A stretch of DNA of 64,000 nucleotides, taken from the sequence record PV764602.1; one strand, written 5' to 3'. The position numbers and the translations under genes were made by a program. The notes beneath the pieces are model-generated. The model searched no databases, was not told where the DNA came from, and saw only the letters and a program-made list of their open reading frames with translations. Below are positions 56,852-64,000 of the stretch, one piece after another. Numbering within the stretch: position 1 is the stretch's first letter; each line of letters starts with the position of its first letter.

Positions 56852-56995
56852 ATGAAGCTATTGGTATTGATCGGAGTGCTAGCTCTGGCAGGCTGCAACT
56901 CGATGCCTACGCCGTCCAAGCCGCTGAACACTGGGGACGAAACGCAACCTCCTCCGGGTTGTGTGGAACTACGTAAGCAAGGAGGCAAGTGCTAA
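56852..56995 (+). CDS. Small lipoprotein (47 aa), below the ORF-track size cutoff
   Basis: MKLLVLIGVLALAGCNSMPTPSKPLNTGDETQPPPGCVELRKQGGKC; GAGGTG SD. Confidence 0.7.
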   Translation: MKLLVLIGVLALAGCNSMPTPSKPLNTGDETQPPPGCVELRKQGGKC

Positions 56996-57417
56996 TGGCC
57001 CTGTCGGTACAAGATTACACGGCACTGCGACGCATCCACTCCAAGGCAATGTCTGCCTTCAAGTATGTGTCGGACAAAACCAAATGGGGACTGGTAGAGT
57101 ATTGGGAACCCGAGGACGTACTGTTCCCCGTAGGTGCTAGGTTTACGGGAGATTGCGAAGAATTCGCTAGAGTGTGCATGCAGGAAAGCATCAAGGCCGG
57201 TTACAAAGCACGGCTCGTTGCATGCCTTACTGAAGGTGGCGAAGGCCACTGCATCTGTGAGGTGGCGGATGAGGAAGAAACGGGATCGTTCTTCTTAGAC
57301 AACCGCAAGACCAACATCGTTACCAAACTGGGATTGACTGGCTACAAGTTCTACAGCGTGTCGCCTTGGAATCCCCAATTTAGCGAGACTCGGCCGTGGA
57401 GGCTGGTCAAGGAGTAA
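56995..57417 (+). CDS. Transglutaminase-like cysteine proteinase (BTLCP/C93)
   Basis: KYVSD..WGLVEYW, GDCEEF, GHCI and LDNR give the Cys-His-Asp triad. Confidence 0.85.
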   Translation: MALSVQDYTALRRIHSKAMSAFKYVSDKTKWGLVEYWEPEDVLFPVGARFTGDCEEFARVCMQESIKAGYKARLVACLTEGGEGHCICEVADEEETGSFFLDNRKTNIVTKLGLTGYKFYSVSPWNPQFSETRPWRLVKE

Positions 57418-57420
57418 GGT

Positions 57421-57639
57421 ATGTCGCTGGTTCCAACCAACACACCACGGCAAAAGATCGCTGCCAAATACAATCCTAGAATCACTAGGATTCGGAAGCA
57501 GAAAGCGCAACTGCGCAAGTCCTTGAAGAACGCCAATACGGCACAGCGCAAGGTCATCGGTAACAAGATTCTGGCCATGAGTAATCAGATCGCTTTGCTT
57601 ACGGTACAGCGCAACCGCGAGTTGCAGCGCCTCCGATAA
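57421..57639 (+). CDS. Small highly basic protein
   Basis: 72 aa, Arg/Lys-rich coiled segment. Confidence 0.6.
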   Translation: MSLVPTNTPRQKIAAKYNPRITRIRKQKAQLRKSLKNANTAQRKVIGNKILAMSNQIALLTVQRNRELQRLR

Positions 57640-57650
57640 GCCAAAAGAAA

Positions 57651-57677
57651 AGGGCCACCCCTTTCGGAGCGGCCCTT
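57651..57677 (-). terminator. Intrinsic terminator for the minus-strand block
   Basis: Minus strand GGGCCGCTCC-GAAA-GGGTGGCCC-TTTTCTTTT. Confidence 0.75.
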
Positions 57678-57720
57678 ATGTTGTTGGGTTGGACTGCAAG
57701 GATGCTAGTGTCCAGGAGTT

Positions 57721-57749
57721 AAGGGGAGCACGATGCTCCCCTTCTTTTT
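57721..57749 (+). terminator. Intrinsic terminator ending the plus-strand operon
   Basis: AAGGGGAGCA-CGA-TGCTCCCCTT-CTTTTTT. Confidence 0.8.
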
Positions 57750-57751
57750 TA

Positions 57752-58453
57752 TCAGCCCTCGTACTCGTCAGCGTCAACCGGAGACGACTGCTTACGCAGC
57801 ATCTGGCGTTCAGCCCAGCGGGCCAGCTTATCGAAGTTCTTGATCTTGCTGGCTTCCTCGAATACATAACGGTAGTCGGCCGCAGACAGACGTTCATCGC
57901 CACAGTTCTTGATGGACGCGTGCACTGCATCCATGTTCATATCCTTGGCCTGAACCATGATGTTCAAGATGACCGGATTGATCTGATTGGCGATCACCAC
58001 GTCGTTCTCTGCATCCGGGTTGCGAATCGGCTTGCGGTTGCGATCACCCAGCGCTGCCGGGGTCTTGCCACTGCCACCGTTCTCAATGCCCATCGACGCA
58101 TTGATGACCTCGTTACGGATGTTCTGAATACGTGCATGCTCCGCACGTGCATCGCTGCGCTCCATGAACTTGTTGGCCGCTTCCGGGTCGATGATGAGCA
58201 GCAGACCGCTGTTGACCGCACGCTTGAACGGAGCCGAATTGACGATCACGTCACGGTCGCCGATTTCAACAAGGTTCTGAGGAATGAAGGAAGCTTCAAT
58301 CATCAGTCGGTTGTTGTCGTCGATGTGCAGGGACACGCGCGAGCTATCCGAGTGTGCATTCACCGCCATGCGGTTTACGTTCAGCACCCACAGTTCGTCG
58401 TGCTCCGAACGAATGGCGTCCATGATGGTGATGGCGTGGTTTTCAAGACTCAT
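57752..58453 (-). CDS. Conserved-type jumbo phage hypothetical protein
   Basis: SFIPQNL..PFKRAVNSGLL motif; GGAG SD. Confidence 0.6.
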   Translation of the reverse strand: MSLENHAITIMDAIRSEHDELWVLNVNRMAVNAHSDSSRVSLHIDDNNRLMIEASFIPQNLVEIGDRDVIVNSAPFKRAVNSGLLLIIDPEAANKFMERSDARAEHARIQNIRNEVINASMGIENGGSGKTPAALGDRNRKPIRNPDAENDVVIANQINPVILNIMVQAKDMNMDAVHASIKNCGDERLSAADYRYVFEEASKIKNFDKLARWAERQMLRKQSSPVDADEYEG

Positions 58454-58953
58454 GAGAAATCTCCGATGGGTTTAAGGATTTGATACTCCGCCTTTGTCAG
58501 GTTCAATACCCTGCGCAGGCGGTGATTGTGGGCATTGAGGAAAGCCAAGTCGCCTTCCTCTAACTTTTTGATTCCCGACAGGAATGCCTTCCAGTTCTTT
58601 CTAGACAAGGCAGCTATGAACTTGCTGACGGACCATTTCGATTGGCTAAACCAAGGCGAAGCTAGTTTGTCTCTGCACAGCTGCTCAATGTCATCCGGTA
58701 GCACTGTCGTGGCATACGGCACGCGCTCTAGGAATGTTGCATACTCATCGAGAATCAGGATGCGGGCTATTCTTAACTTACCTCTCTCCCGAGAGGTACG
58801 CAGGGCAGCTAACGTGATGCCCTTGGTGGTTGCAATGAGCTTCGGGGTAGTAACACCTTTGATGCACATTCCCTGAGCCCAATACATGCAGGAGAAGTTC
58901 CCACATGATCCTGTATAAGAAGTACCGATAAGTGGACAGCGAAGCTTTGTCAC
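58450..58953 (-). CDS. Hypothetical protein with Cys-rich N-terminus
   Basis: C-x10-C-x4-C-x7-C cluster; 4-nt overlaps. Confidence 0.6.
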   Translation of the reverse strand: MTKLRCPLIGTSYTGSCGNFSCMYWAQGMCIKGVTTPKLIATTKGITLAALRTSRERGKLRIARILILDEYATFLERVPYATTVLPDDIEQLCRDKLASPWFSQSKWSVSKFIAALSRKNWKAFLSGIKKLEEGDLAFLNAHNHRLRRVLNLTKAEYQILKPIGDFS

Positions 58954-60188
58954 TTTCTCCCTTTCCGACTAATAGCTTTGAGTAGCTTGTTCAAAGTTGC
59001 CTTGGTGAATTGGTAGTGGGGCAGGCTGTAATATAGCTCGGACGCATACACACCAATAAGCATCGCATCAATAACGTGAGGCTCTTGATCCGTTTGCTTG
59101 TATACGTCCTCAAGGTTGAACTTGGCGTTGAATGCGTTTTTCCACTGCGACGCAGGGAATACCACAGTCGGTTCTTTCGTTCGTACCATGAATGCCCCGA
59201 TCATTGCGTTCACTGCTTCCATCGTGGTGCCGTTCAAGCCCATGCGATACATGAACCTTTCCGCCGCCCACGCAGAAGCACCGAACTCCTGACCTAGTGA
59301 CTCAATCTCATTCAAGAAGCTCAATACTTGCATTCGATGTTCGCTTCCGACCATCGACTTAACTGTGCTGTTGATCTTCCCTGATCCACGTACTACTGGA
59401 AGTTTTCCATACTCCACGTTGAGGCATGCCCATGCACAGTTGGACGTACCTGGGTCGAGACTGAGAATGGTCATCATTGGCCGCTCAACACGGCGAATGA
59501 TTCCCGCAACCCAATCGAACCCTGATCTGAACCACCCTTCGGGAAGCTCATAGGCATTGCGTCCCTTGACCACAAAGACGCGCAGCTTTTTCTTCTTTCC
59601 AGCTTTAGCCAAACTGACGAACTTGTCCCATTCCGAGTACAGCTTGTTTACGCTCACTGCACAGATGGGGGCGCCGTTGGCCATAGCAGACGGAACATAG
59701 TGGCGGACGATCTTGTCAGTGGTAAAGGCGATGGAATCCCCATCCCTAGCCGCCGTGATCTTGCCACGTATACAATTAGTCGGAAGGCGTCCTGAGCGAT
59801 ATTTGGCAGGTGGGGCCTTGCATTTGGGGCAGCTGTCGAACTTGGTAGCCGCAGCCCAATTATGTGCCGCCACGAACTGCTTGTTGCACACCTTGCACAG
59901 GTAACGCCGTCCTTTAGCCTCAATCCGAATGGGTAGCACACGGTCGAATTTCTTGATGACCCGAGCTATCCATTCGGCTTGCTGCTGGCCTCCTGCATAC
60001 ATGCAAGCCTGACACTTGCCTGCACTCGACAACATAACCCGAGGGCTACGATTGAACGTCTTGCCACACCCCACGCACTTGTGGGCTATGGCTATGTCCC
60101 TGCCTCGATACTTACCCAGCATCAAGTTGGAACCAAATCGCTTAGTCAGCGCCGCAGTGTAGGCCGCTGCCTTAGCCCCTTTTGCCAC
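58950..60188 (-). CDS. Zn-ribbon domains fused to a RuvC-like Holliday junction resolvase
   Basis: Four CxxC motifs at the N-terminus; ILSLDPGTSN, AAERF, PASQWKN and HVIDAMLIG RNase H-fold acidic motifs. Confidence 0.8.
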   Translation of the reverse strand: MAKGAKAAAYTAALTKRFGSNLMLGKYRGRDIAIAHKCVGCGKTFNRSPRVMLSSAGKCQACMYAGGQQQAEWIARVIKKFDRVLPIRIEAKGRRYLCKVCNKQFVAAHNWAAATKFDSCPKCKAPPAKYRSGRLPTNCIRGKITAARDGDSIAFTTDKIVRHYVPSAMANGAPICAVSVNKLYSEWDKFVSLAKAGKKKKLRVFVVKGRNAYELPEGWFRSGFDWVAGIIRRVERPMMTILSLDPGTSNCAWACLNVEYGKLPVVRGSGKINSTVKSMVGSEHRMQVLSFLNEIESLGQEFGASAWAAERFMYRMGLNGTTMEAVNAMIGAFMVRTKEPTVVFPASQWKNAFNAKFNLEDVYKQTDQEPHVIDAMLIGVYASELYYSLPHYQFTKATLNKLLKAISRKGRK

Positions 60189-60354
60189 AAATCCTCCGAA
60201 ATTGGCGGTTAAACGTGCTATAGCTGGGATTGTCTAGATAGCCCCAGCAGTTAATTTTAGATGACAGGCAAGCTCCCCTTGAACGTAGCGGGACGCTTCC
60301 TACGCCTATTATTTACAGTATTGCCCTGAACCGATTTCCTCATAAGAGTTGCTC

Positions 60355-61587
60355 ATGGCCACTAGAGTTTCACGGCCGAAAAGGCCATATCTACCTCCCA
60401 AGAATAATCGGTTGGTGAGTGTAGGGCAGCGTAATCTACAAGCCCTGCATCACAACAATCGACAGAACGTAATCAACGCCATCAGCGCTACCGGGTACCC
60501 CATCACCCTCTACAACACTCTGAGGACGGGCATCAAATGTAGCTGCATGTTCGTACAGCAACCTCCGAACCAACTCCTAGATCAAGAGGGGAAGCTTTCG
60601 GAAAGCAATATGAACGCGCTTCTTGAGCCTAGCTCTGGCCTACTTGATTACGGACAAGACACGCTACCCTCTGAGAACCTGCAATCGGTTCTTCCGGTGG
60701 AGCGAATCGCGCTCAACGATACTTCGCGTCCGATCCTGAATCCATACGAGCGCGCCGAACGCACTCAATTTGACCACATCGACACATCCACTGCACAGAT
60801 GGATCGGATGGTGGACGATTGGGATACGCTCGAAATGGATACGGAGTTTGACGCAGTGCTGACCCCTGAACGCTTCATGGCTAATCAGGGACGCGCCTGC
60901 GCCGTGTGCTTCGGTACGGGTTACGTGGGTGGGTACGAACTGCTGCATGGCACTCGACTCATCCTGACGCCTCTGCATCCACATGAGCGCTCGGACACGA
61001 TTGTACTTGATCGCAACGCCAGTCCTAACACGTTTGACAGCATGACGGAAGGTTGGGTTCGTTTCCAAGTCACGCTGCCGCGAGGCACTGACTACGCCCT
61101 ATTCCCCCGACTGTTCAACAACACGATCCCCATCCCCTACAAGGAATGGAAGCTGTTGGATAACGAGGGCATTCGGATGGACCCTGCACGTATCAAGGAA
61201 TTGTGCATTGGTAAACCGATCTTCATTGAGGTACACGTAGGTAAGCTAGTGTTCACCCATCTGGAGATTCTTCTCAGCGGTCGGCCTCAGAATCAGCCGC
61301 TCAAAGCAGACAGTCCTGAAATCCAGACGATCACTGACGTGAACCGAATGGACGCCAAGACGCCTGTTACGTGGATTCTCGGTGGCACCTACAATATCTC
61401 CAAGCGCGCTGTGGTGATTGACCACTTGCCGGGAATGAGTAGGCACTGGCGAGTCAACGACATTCAAGCCCGTCGGGATAACCTCAACTGGATTTACGAA
61501 GAGACTCTATCGAGTCGATTGGTTGATCTGTACGAAATCACCCAACTCCTACGTCCTGTCCGTTATGAAACGGCCCCACTAGACTAA
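60355..61587 (+). CDS. Probable neck/head-tail connector protein
   Basis: CSC and CAVCFGTGYVGGY motifs seen in jumbo phage neck-type proteins. Confidence 0.5.
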   Translation: MATRVSRPKRPYLPPKNNRLVSVGQRNLQALHHNNRQNVINAISATGYPITLYNTLRTGIKCSCMFVQQPPNQLLDQEGKLSESNMNALLEPSSGLLDYGQDTLPSENLQSVLPVERIALNDTSRPILNPYERAERTQFDHIDTSTAQMDRMVDDWDTLEMDTEFDAVLTPERFMANQGRACAVCFGTGYVGGYELLHGTRLILTPLHPHERSDTIVLDRNASPNTFDSMTEGWVRFQVTLPRGTDYALFPRLFNNTIPIPYKEWKLLDNEGIRMDPARIKELCIGKPIFIEVHVGKLVFTHLEILLSGRPQNQPLKADSPEIQTITDVNRMDAKTPVTWILGGTYNISKRAVVIDHLPGMSRHWRVNDIQARRDNLNWIYEETLSSRLVDLYEITQLLRPVRYETAPLD

Positions 61588-61595
61588 AACAACTT

Positions 61596-62903
61596 ATGAA
61601 CAAGCTAAAGCGTCTCGGTCAGTCTACGGTGACTGCTCTCACTGATTATCAGTTCCGCACTGTGGGTGAAGTGGAAAAGGTTCTGGCAAGCATGCCGCTG
61701 CCTACGATGGAAACTGCCACGTCCCTGCGTCGTCTCCCCATCTCCGACTCGAAGGAAGAAGTCCCCGTTGAGGACAACAAGCCAGAAGGTTGGACGCCGG
61801 GCCAGCGCCTGTCCACCAACAAGTTCAAGCATACTGGTGTTCCGGGTGAGCCGGTCAAGTTCAATCAGCGTGAATCGCGCGAGATTCGGGCCCTGACCAA
61901 CCTGCACCACGACTTGGCGGATCAGGGCGAGAAGATCAACTCTCTCAAGGTCAACGCCCTAAATTCGTTCAAGGGTTCCAAGTTTGAATCTCAGATGGAA
62001 CGCGCTCTTGGCCTGTTCGACAAGCGCGAGCGCGAACTGCTGGAACACGAACTGGACGCACACGGTCGCCTGCACGAAATCGCAGAGAATGCGATCCCCG
62101 AGGACGCCCGTGTCACGTTCAACAAGACGGTCAACCCCATCGTCAAGAATCTGGCAGGCAAGTACAAGTCGCTGACCCGTCGCTACACCGTGACTCTGCT
62201 GCCGTCGGATCAGAATGTGGTGCAGTTCCAGCTGATCGTCTCGCTGGAGAAGCTCAAGAATGACAAGGGCTTTGTTTACCCGCACTTCTACATGATTGTC
62301 ACCTGTATCATCGACAATCGGAATCATTACCACTACTACGTGGACACTTCGACGGCCAAGCCGGTTCCCAATGTGACTCCTATCGAGCACGAAAGCCGTG
62401 GCTTCTCCTTCACCAAGGCTGATGACGGTCGCCGCCTGCTGCAATCGCACCTGCTGGTGGACGAAAGCATCGACCTGAGTATCCCGACTGAACTGCCGCG
62501 CAGTAAGGAAGAGATTGAGGGCACCAAATTCCGTAACGACAATATCCGCACGGTCAAGGTCAACGCTGACGATCACACGATCACGTTTACCACGGATAAG
62601 GATGTTGGTCCTAAGCTGGTGGACAAGGTGGTAAAGGACATTCTCGCCGATCTTGCTGGTCTGTTCCTGAGCAAGAACCTGCATGAGAAGATGAAGCACA
62701 AGGTAACCAAGCTGAGCACCGGCGGTTACAAGGTGGTGGTGTGGGTTGGTACTCCGACCGCTCGTATTGGTAAGGAGTATCAGGCAGACAGCCATCGTCT
62801 CGACGTGTTGCAGCACGACCTGGGTCTGGATGAAACTCAGGTCAATCAGATTCGCCGCATGCTGCGTGGCCGCTCGCAGATTCGTATTCCGGATCATGAG
62901 TAA
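61596..62903 (+). CDS. Probable virion (head) protein
   Basis: 435 aa with biased codons; TVTAL and METAT N-terminal motifs. Confidence 0.55.
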   Translation: MNKLKRLGQSTVTALTDYQFRTVGEVEKVLASMPLPTMETATSLRRLPISDSKEEVPVEDNKPEGWTPGQRLSTNKFKHTGVPGEPVKFNQRESREIRALTNLHHDLADQGEKINSLKVNALNSFKGSKFESQMERALGLFDKRERELLEHELDAHGRLHEIAENAIPEDARVTFNKTVNPIVKNLAGKYKSLTRRYTVTLLPSDQNVVQFQLIVSLEKLKNDKGFVYPHFYMIVTCIIDNRNHYHYYVDTSTAKPVPNVTPIEHESRGFSFTKADDGRRLLQSHLLVDESIDLSIPTELPRSKEEIEGTKFRNDNIRTVKVNADDHTITFTTDKDVGPKLVDKVVKDILADLAGLFLSKNLHEKMKHKVTKLSTGGYKVVVWVGTPTARIGKEYQADSHRLDVLQHDLGLDETQVNQIRRMLRGRSQIRIPDHE

Positions 62904-64000
62904 GCTTCGGCAGGTGCTGGTAGTGCAGGCGGACAGGGGCAACAATGTAGATGACCCCAACATTACTCAGGACAGCACGGCGCTAGATAATCACGAACTG
63001 GCAATCTTCGGATTCGGCAAGAAGGCAGCGCATGAACGCAAGCGCACTGCTTTCTACAAGCACCAAGACTCCGAAGTCGAGCACCTGAAAAATCACGCAC
63101 GCTCTACCGGCTTCAACGGACACATCATGCGCGGTGGCAAGTTCACCAAACGATACATCGCGCACATCAAGAAAGTGAATGACCCTGCCATCGCCCACCG
63201 GGTCATTCAATTCCATCACAAGAACCAGCTTGGTGTGAAGCATCGCCTTGGCTATCATCATGGCTTTACTACCGCAGTAGTAGACGCCGGACCTGATCCG
63301 CACACGGATGACTTCCACGATCTAAACGCGGAGCATTCCATGACTGAGAAGACTGAAAACGCTGCACTGTGGAACGGTGAAGCAACGCACACGATGGGCG
63401 ACAATCTTGGCGAGATTATGGATGGTCGCCAGTTTGTCGGTACCCTGCTCGACTACGAGTTCAATGAAGTGCCGGTGTGGTATCAGCCGCGCAACAACAC
63501 GCACTTCCGAGGTTCCTCCACGCTGGTGATCCCTGATCGCACAGTGGCCTACGGTAACTGGAAGGTGCTGTCTACCAACGGCAAATTCCACGTGCGCAAG
63601 CTGCGTGCTTTCCTCGACAAGCAGCTGCCGCCCGACCGCCGTACCCCTGACTACAAGGCGCTCAAGATCGAAATCAATCCGTCGGAGCTGGTCAAGTCTG
63701 TGGATACCACGATCCAGCCCAAGACTCAGGTAGACTTGACGGGCGGCACGATGAAGGTCACACAGGATCGCCGCCTGTGGGATGATGAAACTTCGGTACT
63801 GGCGAACGAACAGATCGACATGCTGCTCACTCAGATGCACGCTGCTGGCTTCAGTTTCGTTCGGAGCTACTACAGCGTGCATTACGCGTTCTACGATGCC
63901 AAGCTGGACTCGCACGTGCTGTTCAACCTCAGCACTTCGCGCACCAAGAGCATCGCAGAAATCGAGAATGCCCTTGCTGCGATCAGCTGGAACTTCCAGC
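62896..64000 (+). CDS. Probable virion protein, runs off the window's right edge
   Basis: Hand translation from ATG 62896 (MSKLRQVLVVQAD...) is open to the window end; His/Lys-rich segment early. Confidence 0.65.
   Translation, partial: MSKLRQVLVVQADRGNNVDDPNITQDSTALDNHELAIFGFGKKAAHERKRTAFYKHQDSEVEHLKNHARSTGFNGHIMRGGKFTKRYIAHIKKVNDPAIAHRVIQFHHKNQLGVKHRLGYHHGFTTAVVDAGPDPHTDDFHDLNAEHSMTEKTENAALWNGEATHTMGDNLGEIMDGRQFVGTLLDYEFNEVPVWYQPRNNTHFRGSSTLVIPDRTVAYGNWKVLSTNGKFHVRKLRAFLDKQLPPDRRTPDYKALKIEINPSELVKSVDTTIQPKTQVDLTGGTMKVTQDRRLWDDETSVLANEQIDMLLTQMHAAGFSFVRSYYSVHYAFYDAKLDSHVLFNLSTSRTKSIAEIENALAAISWNFQ

Noticed and set aside
56980-56997. Programmed -1 frameshift joining the lipoprotein to BTLCP
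   Set aside because: No slippery heptamer; the TAATG overlap is explained by translational coupling
40379-60262. AATTT(T)AG as a late-promoter consensus (40380, 42208, 51373, 60254)
   Set aside because: Few instances, one is just the conserved PKFR coding sequence, and spacing to starts is inconsistent; needs TSS data

Overview
A 64-kb segment of a large lytic myophage genome, most like RSL1/PaBG/Lu11-type jumbo phages by gene order (recalled, not searched). The CsrA C-terminus (RIQRG) resembles Xanthomonadaceae CsrA as I recall it, so the host may be a xanthomonad. Positions 1-17051 are a minus-strand block of small accessory genes: a secreted lytic transglycosylase, DUF3307, CsrA, a MerC-family protein, a YkuD L,D-transpeptidase, a secreted Asn/Gly/Ser-rich protein and an SF2 helicase-like protein. 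A ~940-bp non-coding strand switch (17052-17995) carries iteron-like repeats and palindromes and is a candidate replication origin. Positions 17996-57639 are the plus-strand virion operon: scaffold, major capsid, tRNA-Asn, sheath, tube, tape measure/lysozyme, baseplate, fibres, adhesins, GH108/GH19 lysins, spanins, tailspike and BTLCP. A short minus-strand block (including a Zn-finger/RuvC fusion) and further virion genes follow. No CRISPR array, integrase, terminase or portal was recognised. Best leads: (1) a phage CsrA plus intergenic hairpins presenting CANGGANG/ANGGAN hexaloops before tail-adhesin and late genes, suggesting a phage Csr regulon; (2) a baseplate cassette where one intact 2OG-Fe(II) oxygenase and two degenerate paralogues alternate with adhesin-like genes, next to a Pro-rich protein; (3) adhesins ending in Hint autoprocessing domains, one followed by a translationally coupled dead Hint; (4) a candidate +1 frameshift upstream of the tape measure gene; (5) a secreted amyloid-like protein. 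All family calls come from motif recognition by eye, not from database searches.
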